Shown here: one piece after another, positions 58,372 to 64,000 of the stretch
Layout: each line of letters opens with the position of its first letter
How positions within the stretch are numbered: position 1 is the stretch's first letter
Assembly: GCA_017511375.1 (NCBI GenBank)
Contig: JAFWKJ010000009.1
Span: 3,407 to 67,406 of the forward strand
Direction of reading: 5' to 3'
Length of the DNA stretch: 64,000 nucleotides
DNA from: Bacilli bacterium
GTDB taxonomy: Bacteria; Bacillota_I; Bacilli_A; RF39; UBA660
Position numbers and translations under genes: made by a program
Notes under the pieces: model-generated
The model's database searches: none
What the model was told of the DNA's origin: nothing
Seen by the model: only the letters and a program-made list of their open reading frames with translations

Positions 58372-59625
58372 TTGGTGAATAATAAAGTTACTTTTGAAGA
58401 TGTAATTAGTGGTAAAAGCAAAAAATTGATTATTGATTGTATATATGAAAATAAGCAGCCAAATAAAGATATGAGTTGTAGAGTATTACCAAAACTAATG
58501 AAGGTTCAGAATACTGGAGGATTTAGACCGATAGGTGAATATAAAAATAATTTCGCAGTTAAATATGTCGTATTATATTCGACTGGAGAAGATATTTATT
58601 GGCAAGATGATTTAGATGAAGAACTAGGCTTGTTTATTTATTATGGAGATAATCAAAGAGCAGGAAGAGACATTTTGGATACAAAACTTGGAGGGAATCT
58701 AATATTACAAAAATCATTTGAATTGGCTTGTTCTGGTAATCTGGATGATAGAAAGAAGATTCCACCATTCTTTTTGTTTCAAAAAGATGAAAATGCAAAT
58801 GTAAAATTTTCTGGACTGTTAGTTCCTGGATACAAAAACATAAATGAAAAAGAATGGTTGACTGCATTATGGGCAAAGAGAAATGAAGGTGGACGTTTTC
58901 AAAATTATAAAGCAATGTTCACAGTTTTAGATACTGAAGATGGATCAATAGCAAATCCAAATAATGCCTCAATTGATTTGCAATGGATAGATGATTTGTT
59001 AAATGGAAAAGGATACGATAGTGAACATGCACCAAAAGCATGGAAAAATTGGATTGATAAGAGTGTATATAAACCTTTAACTGTTAATGTTGATTCCAGA
59101 ATTAGAACAAAAGAAGAACAATTACCTAAGGAAAAAGAAAGGTTGGAAATGTTGCAATATATTCATGATTATTTCTATAATAAAGAAAGAAAATCAGATG
59201 CAACAAATTTTGAACCTTTTGCAATAGCATTAACTACGTTAGCAGATACTAATATTATAAGTTGTGATAATACTAGACCATCCAAAGATGGTGGCAGAGA
59301 TGGTGTTGGTGAATATAGAATTATGAATGGATTAAATCAAGCCCTAAAAACAGTTTTTGCTGTGGAAGCTAAATGTTATGATTTAAACAATTCTGCAGGT
59401 GTAAAAGAAACCTCAAGGCTAATTTCTAGAATCAGGCATAGACAATTTGGAGTTTTTGTTACAACATCATACGTTGATATCCAGGCATATAAAGAAATAA
59501 TAGAAGATGAACACCCCATTGCTATTATTGCAGGTGCAGATATCATAGATATTTTATATCAAAATGAAATAACCGATTTGCATAAACTAAAAGAATATTT
59601 AAATAATAACTTTCCAAAAGAATAA
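58372..59625 (+). CDS. Candidate modification-dependent (type IV) restriction enzyme: N-terminal SRA-like domain plus C-terminal Mrr-like PD-(D/E)XK domain
   Basis: N-terminal KYVVLYSTGEDIYWQDDLDEELGLFIYYGDNQRAGRD..TKLGGNLILQKS parallels the SRA/YDG core (Y.G.GG.....Q.L..gN.aL). C-terminal SKDGGRDGVGEY..FAVEAKCY..FGVFVTTSY parallels Mrr_cat (DgGiDg..vQaK..gi.itts.f). Confidence 0.55.
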   Translation: MVNNKVTFEDVISGKSKKLIIDCIYENKQPNKDMSCRVLPKLMKVQNTGGFRPIGEYKNNFAVKYVVLYSTGEDIYWQDDLDEELGLFIYYGDNQRAGRDILDTKLGGNLILQKSFELACSGNLDDRKKIPPFFLFQKDENANVKFSGLLVPGYKNINEKEWLTALWAKRNEGGRFQNYKAMFTVLDTEDGSIANPNNASIDLQWIDDLLNGKGYDSEHAPKAWKNWIDKSVYKPLTVNVDSRIRTKEEQLPKEKERLEMLQYIHDYFYNKERKSDATNFEPFAIALTTLADTNIISCDNTRPSKDGGRDGVGEYRIMNGLNQALKTVFAVEAKCYDLNNSAGVKETSRLISRIRHRQFGVFVTTSYVDIQAYKEIIEDEHPIAIIAGADIIDILYQNEITDLHKLKEYLNNNFPKE

Positions 59626-59728
59626 GATAGATATGATTTTTCATATCTGTCTTTATTGATACTTGAAGTGGCATGCTTTTTAGATTCTCTAGGCACTCAC
59701 TTAATAAGCTAAAGAACCTATATAATAA

Positions 59729-59845
59729 TAAAAGAACCGCCTTTCCCGCACCTATTGAGATTCTGACTTTTGATTTTTATTACTATTTATCAATACTTTT
59801 TAAAAAGAAAGACTATAGGAATTCTGTTCTTATAAGCAGACTAGC
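59729..59845. repeat. Right copy of the imperfect ~115-bp inverted repeat bounding the island
   Basis: Aligns with the reverse complement of 48041-48155. Perfect blocks are AAAAGAACCGCC (59730-59741) and TTTTGATTTTTATTAC (59768-59783). The hairpin's second arm is not conserved here. Confidence 0.6.
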
Positions 59846-59849
59846 AAAT

Positions 59850-59877
59850 AAAAAAGTAGCAAGCTTGCTACTTTTTA
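59850..59877. terminator. Terminator downstream of tRNA-Trp (bidirectional)
   Basis: Palindrome GTAGCAAGCTTGCTAC (59856-59871) flanked by A6 and T5. Confidence 0.7.
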
Positions 59878-59885
59878 TTTTCAAA

Positions 59886-59959
59886 TGGCAGGGGATGAGA
59901 GAATCGAACTCCCAACAGTGGTTTTGGAGACCATTATTATACCATTTAACTAATCCCCT
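59886..59959 (-). tRNA. trnW: tRNA-Trp (anticodon CCA), CCA end encoded
   Basis: The reverse complement folds by hand into a cloverleaf: acceptor AGGGGAT/ATCCCCT, D arm GTTA-AATGGTA-TAAT, anticodon arm ATGGT-CTCCAAA-ACCAC, T arm GGGAG-TTCGATT-CTCTC, discriminator G, CCA. Confidence 0.9.
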
Positions 59960-60114
59960 AAAATTTCTTTGGTTCGATAAAGATTATAACACAAAGAATA
60001 AGGCTAATCAATATGAAAACTATAATTTCAAAGGAATAGGTACTATTAAAACTTAATAAATAGTGATATGATTTTTAATAGAATAATGTTAGAATAATGA
60101 TAGAGGTGGTAAGC

Positions 60115-61218
60115 ATGAGATTTGATATTGAAGAAGAACCAAGACAAAAAAGAAAGAAAAGTGATAATGATACGCCTTCAAATCTTACAATCATTGCTGT
60201 ATTTTTAGTAATTGCTGCCATTATTCTCATTGTGACTTATATGTTTTTAAAAAGTGGAAATACATCAGGAAGAACTCCTCAAGTAGAAGTGACAACACCA
60301 ACGCCTTCTACTTCCGCTACACCAACACCAACGCCTGAAGAAGAAAAATTAACAATTGTAGATGAAGAAAGTGATGAGAGACCGATAGCTGTTGTAATTG
60401 ATAACGCTATTGGAGATGCAAGACATGCAGGATTACTAGAATCTTATATAAATTACGAGATCCCAATTGAAGGGGGAGCAACCCGTATCTTAGCCGTATT
60501 TAAAGATGTGGATGCTAAATTAATTGGACCAATCAATGGAGCAAAAAATTATTTTATAGATTATGCTTTAGAAAGTGATTCTATTTTAGTATATTATGGA
60601 TCAAGTAGTGATAAAAAAGATGAAGAAGTAAAAATAGACATAGTAAATGGATTAACAGATTCTGATCCTTTTAGAAGAGATACGAAATCAGTTGCGCCTC
60701 ATAATGTATTTACTAGAATGACTTATTTAAATAGTTTCTTACAAACTTCTAAATATAATTTAGAAACATTAGATTGGCAGTTATTAAATTACAGTGTAGA
60801 AGAAGTGGATTTATCAGAATCAGGTTATGTACCTAAAAAAGCAGTAAAGATAGAATTACCTTATTCTGATACAGAGAAGAGAGTATATAACTATGATGAA
60901 GAAAATGACTATTACTTAAGATCTTCTAATGGACATGATCAATTTGATAGGAAGTCAGGAAAACAACTTCATTATAAAAATATTATTATTGAGAAAGTTC
61001 CAACTAAAACAACTGATGGAGTGTTCCGAGTAGAAACTACAGGAAAAGGAAAAGCTTATATAATTACTGGAGGAAAATATCTTCCTATTACATGGTCAAA
61101 AGAATCAAGAGATGCAAAAACAATTTATACATATGAAAATGGAACAGAGGTTACACTAAATGATGGAAATACATTTATTCAGATTCTTCCTGAAAATTGT
61201 ATATTAACCATTAATTAA
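60115..61218 (+). CDS. DUF3048 (YerB-like) exported protein
   Basis: N-terminal TM, Thr/Pro linker, then RPIAVVIDNAIGDARHAGLLESYINYEIPIEGGATRILAVF, which is typical of DUF3048. ATG follows AGAGGTGG. Confidence 0.7.
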   Translation: MRFDIEEEPRQKRKKSDNDTPSNLTIIAVFLVIAAIILIVTYMFLKSGNTSGRTPQVEVTTPTPSTSATPTPTPEEEKLTIVDEESDERPIAVVIDNAIGDARHAGLLESYINYEIPIEGGATRILAVFKDVDAKLIGPINGAKNYFIDYALESDSILVYYGSSSDKKDEEVKIDIVNGLTDSDPFRRDTKSVAPHNVFTRMTYLNSFLQTSKYNLETLDWQLLNYSVEEVDLSESGYVPKKAVKIELPYSDTEKRVYNYDEENDYYLRSSNGHDQFDRKSGKQLHYKNIIIEKVPTKTTDGVFRVETTGKGKAYIITGGKYLPITWSKESRDAKTIYTYENGTEVTLNDGNTFIQILPENCILTIN

Positions 61219-61230
61219 AGGAGAGATAAC

Positions 61231-62199
61231 ATGAAAATAGGATTGTTTGGATCGGGAGCCTATGGAATGGCTTTAAGTAGTATATTAGTTCACAATAGAC
61301 ATGAAGTAACGATGTGGACAAAGTTTGAGGAAGATACTATTAAAACAACAGGAATGAATGAAAAGTATTTGCCTGGATATCGAATTGAAAAAGAAGTAGT
61401 TGTAACTTCTAGCGTAGAAGAATGTGCAACAGGAAAAGATTTAATAATCATTGCCATCCCTGCTGCGTTTGTTGATTCCCTTTGTAGAGAAATGCAACCA
61501 TTTATTAAAAATGATCATATTTTGATTGCTACTAAGGGAATTGAACAAGGAACGGGTTTGTTTATGGATGAACTAGTGGAGAAATATCTAGATACAAAAG
61601 ATATTGCTGTTATTAGTGGACCTACTTTCGCAGTAGATTTAATTTCTAAAAAACCTGCAGGACTTGCAATCGCAGGAAAATCGCAAGAAACAGTTTTGCT
61701 TGCAAGACAAGCTCTACAAAATAGTTATATCAAACTAAGAGAAACGCCAGACTTGGTAGGAATTGAAATCTGTGGAGCCCTAAAAAATGTAATTGCTTTA
61801 TCAGCAGGAATGTTAGAAGGGTTAAATGCAAATGATTCTACCAAGGCAATGCTAATTACAGAAGCAGTACATGATATGGAAAATATTTTAAATGCCTTTA
61901 ATTGTGAAAAAAGAACGGTTTTATCCTATGCAGGAATTGGAGACTTATTACTAACTTGTACGACAGAAAAGAGTAGAAATTATAGTTTTGGTAAATTAAT
62001 AGGTAGTAAGGCACCAAAGAGTGAAATAGAAAACTTCTTGAATCATAATACGGTGGAAGGATACTATACATTAGAGTCTATTTATCAATTACTAAAAGAT
62101 AAAGAAGTATCAATTCCTATTATAGATTTAATCTATGAGATAGTGGTGAAAGATGAAGATCCAGAATTATTACTTGCATTCTTAGTTTTTAAATTATAA
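61231..62199 (+). CDS. gpsA: NAD(P)H-dependent glycerol-3-phosphate dehydrogenase
   Basis: N-terminal Rossmann MKIGLFGSGAYGMAL, ..ATKGIE.., GPTFA, and GALKNVIALSAG motifs. Confidence 0.9.
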   Translation: MKIGLFGSGAYGMALSSILVHNRHEVTMWTKFEEDTIKTTGMNEKYLPGYRIEKEVVVTSSVEECATGKDLIIIAIPAAFVDSLCREMQPFIKNDHILIATKGIEQGTGLFMDELVEKYLDTKDIAVISGPTFAVDLISKKPAGLAIAGKSQETVLLARQALQNSYIKLRETPDLVGIEICGALKNVIALSAGMLEGLNANDSTKAMLITEAVHDMENILNAFNCEKRTVLSYAGIGDLLLTCTTEKSRNYSFGKLIGSKAPKSEIENFLNHNTVEGYYTLESIYQLLKDKEVSIPIIDLIYEIVVKDEDPELLLAFLVFKL

Positions 62200-62237
62200 A
62201 AAATATGATATACTACATTTAGATTAGGAGGTATAAA

Positions 62238-62933
62238 ATGAAAGAAATAATTTCAAAGTTTACAAAATCATCAATTATTAGTTCATTTGCATTAGTAGCT
62301 TTAGCCATACTACTAATAACAGATTCAGAGGCAACCATTACAGGAATATCTTATATTATAGGAGCTGTATTGATTGCAATTGGAGCACTTGCTGAAATCA
62401 ATTATTTAAAAAATATTAAAGAAAAGATTGCAGACTTAGATATCATATATGGAATTGTATGTGTAATATTAGGAGTACTTGTTATTACAAACCCACTTGC
62501 GATTGAAGGAGTTATCCCTTTTGTAATAGGATTTATTATTGTAGTAAATAGTGCTATCAAATTACAATATAGTCTAGAGTTAAGAAAAGAAAACAATGAA
62601 TTATGGTTTTCAACTCTTATCTTATCTATTATTATGACGGTATGTGGTATTGTGTTAATATTTAATCCTTTTCAAGGAAGAGACATTGTATCTATCATTA
62701 TTGGTATTTTCATTTTGATATATGCCATTCTTGATTTAATATCTACTTTTGTCATTAAAAATACATTTAAGAGAATTCAAAATGCTATTTCTGAAACAGT
62801 AGCAAAAGAACAAGAGTTGATAGAAAACAAAATAGAAGAAGAGGAAGAAGAAGTAAAAGAAGCAGAAGTAGAAGAAACAGAAAAACCTAAAGAAAAGAAG
62901 AAAAGTAAAAAGAAAACAGAAGAGGGTGAATAG
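62238..62933 (+). CDS. DUF308/HdeD-like multi-TM membrane protein with Glu/Lys-rich tail
   Basis: Six hydrophobic helices in repeated pairs and a C-terminal EEEEEVKEAEVEETEKPKEKKKSKKK tail. Confidence 0.55.
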   Translation: MKEIISKFTKSSIISSFALVALAILLITDSEATITGISYIIGAVLIAIGALAEINYLKNIKEKIADLDIIYGIVCVILGVLVITNPLAIEGVIPFVIGFIIVVNSAIKLQYSLELRKENNELWFSTLILSIIMTVCGIVLIFNPFQGRDIVSIIIGIFILIYAILDLISTFVIKNTFKRIQNAISETVAKEQELIENKIEEEEEEVKEAEVEETEKPKEKKKSKKKTEEGE

Positions 62934-62935
62934 TT

Positions 62936-63115
62936 GTGTATAAGTATTATCCATTAATGCTAAATATTATTGATCAACTAAATAAATGGAACGATGATTT
63001 AAACAAATGGGCAGATGAACATATGGGTGGAGTTGGATTTGGAACTTTGATATTCTTTGCCTTATTACTTGTTGCCTTCTATGGAATCGGAGTTTTAAAT
63101 AAAAAAGATAGATAG
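62936..63115 (+). CDS. Unlisted 59-aa tail-anchored membrane protein
   Basis: GTG start 5 nt after AGAGGGTGA. Product is VYKYYPLMLNIIDQLNKWNDDLNKWADEHMGGVGFGTLIFFALLLVAFYGIGVLNKKDR. Followed by hairpin AAAAGCCAAAAATGGCTTTT. It falls below the ORF-track length cutoff. Confidence 0.4.
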   Translation: MYKYYPLMLNIIDQLNKWNDDLNKWADEHMGGVGFGTLIFFALLLVAFYGIGVLNKKDR

Positions 63116-63195
63116 TCAAGAAAAGCCAAAAATGGCTTTTTTTATTTGTAAATAGAAAAAAAAGATGTATAATAAAGTTGGACGAGGTAAATTTC

Positions 63196-63735
63196 ATGAA
63201 TAGAGAAAAGTTAGAAGTAGGAGGGAAATATGAAATCCATAGTTATAAACACGATGGAAAAATTCATAGATCCTGGGACGAGGCTATTCTTTTGGAAATT
63301 CATGACGACTATCTAATATTTGGAAATGAAAGAACAAAAGTAACAGAATCAGATGGAAGAGTATGGAGGACCAAAGAACCGGCCGTTTTGTACTTTTTCT
63401 ATAAAGAATGGTATAACATCATAGGACAATACAAGAAAAATGGTATCTATTATTATTGTAATATGGCATCACCTTTTATTATAGAAGAAGGAACAATCAA
63501 ATATATAGATTATGATTTAGACCTAAGAGTTTTTCCTGATGGCAGTTTTAAAGTACTTGATAGAGGAGAATATAAATATCATAAAACAACTATGAATTAT
63601 CCAGAAGAATTAGATAAGATTCTAAAAAGTGAATTAACAGAGCTAATAGAAATGGTTCGAAACAAACAAATGGCTTTTGAACCAGGAGTCGTAGAGAAAA
63701 AGTGTAATCTATATAATAAAGTAAAGAACAGTTAA
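63196..63735 (+). CDS. DUF402 / UPF0374-family protein (Ntdp-like nucleoside tri/diphosphatase)
   Basis: ..YEIHSYKHDGKIHRSWDEA.. and ..IDYDLDLRVFPDG.. blocks are typical of the family. TGTATAAT (63166-63173) lies upstream of ATG 63196, which excludes the tracked start at 63178. Confidence 0.7.
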   Translation: MNREKLEVGGKYEIHSYKHDGKIHRSWDEAILLEIHDDYLIFGNERTKVTESDGRVWRTKEPAVLYFFYKEWYNIIGQYKKNGIYYYCNMASPFIIEEGTIKYIDYDLDLRVFPDGSFKVLDRGEYKYHKTTMNYPEELDKILKSELTELIEMVRNKQMAFEPGVVEKKCNLYNKVKNS

Positions 63736-63929
63736 TCTGTTTTTTTATTTTTTTTGAAAAAAAAGAGGGTAAAAATACATATTTTTTGACGAAAAAACAT
63801 GTATTTTTAATAAAAGATAAAATATTGTAAAAAAAGAGTAAAAATGTGAATATGTTGCTATATAATAAGACGGTTTTACAACCTATCGCCGAGTGTCATA
63901 AAAAAAATAAAAAAATTTAATTTTTTTTG

Positions 63930-63958
63930 TTGACAATAATTTTTAGATTTGATATATT
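63930..63958 (+). promoter_or_regulatory. Strong sigma-A promoter with upstream A/T-rich UP-like tract, reading out of the window
   Basis: TTGACA (63930-63935), 17-nt spacer ending in TGA, TATATT (63953-63958), preceded by A8TA7TTTAAT8. Confidence 0.45.
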
Positions 63959-64000
63959 AATGGGGCAGTTTGCAAAAAACGACCAATTATAAGTGTCAAA

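Noticed and set aside
59673-60056. Tracked 127-aa ORF on the plus strand
   Set aside because: It runs antisense through tRNA-Trp, its terminator and the right inverted repeat. It has no RBS and an implausible composition, so it is spurious.
62967-63197. Tracked 76-aa minus-strand ORF
   Set aside because: It lies antisense to a better-supported small plus-strand ORF (RBS plus terminator) and runs through a terminator and a promoter.
1-64000. CRISPR arrays, cas genes, IS elements/transposases, integrases, rRNA genes
   Set aside because: Reading the intergenic regions showed no regularly spaced direct repeats, and no ORF has recombinase or transposase motifs (DDE, R-H-R-Y, or serine recombinase). 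The only RNA gene found is tRNA-Trp.

Overview
AT-rich Bacillota-type chromosomal segment; the organism cannot be identified from sequence alone. All calls below come from reading motifs by eye, and no database search was run.

Core genes: a degenerate ABC ATPase followed by truA-rplM-rpsI, plus mutY, aqpZ, guaD, mtnN, gpsA, htrA and a LysM amidase.

Accessory modules:
- A pared-down type VIIb secretion locus (essC, esaB, two small helical proteins) at 5.1-10.6 kb.
- An Abi_2 gene.
- An orphan soluble VirD4/TraG-like ATPase.
- A membrane-anchored EF-Tu-derived protein with all GTPase motifs lost (25.9-27.3 kb).
- A gamma-class N6A methylase with a small candidate endonuclease (30.1-32.4 kb).
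- A repeat-fused MoxR-type AAA ATPase, a small protein and a HExxH/VWA protein (39.0-43.5 kb).

The most interesting region is a roughly 12-kb island at 47.9-60.0 kb. It abuts tRNA-Trp (minus strand, 59886-59959) and ends at a decayed direct copy of the tRNA 3' half (47935-47967). Imperfect ~115-bp inverted repeats sit just inside both ends, and I see no integrase.

The island carries three things:
- An orphan Dam-class methylase.
- A translationally coupled 5-gene operon (49261-55598): a 73-aa protein, an 855-aa protein with a sigma-70 region-4-like HTH, a 632-aa GHKL/MORC-type ATPase, and two unknowns. Its gene content matches no defence system I know, and it is my top candidate for an undescribed system.
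- A divergent Sau3AI-like R-M pair followed by an SRA-like/Mrr-like modification-dependent nuclease.

Several ORF-track starts were moved downstream where a TGnTATAAT promoter or a Shine-Dalgarno sequence falls inside the tracked ORF.
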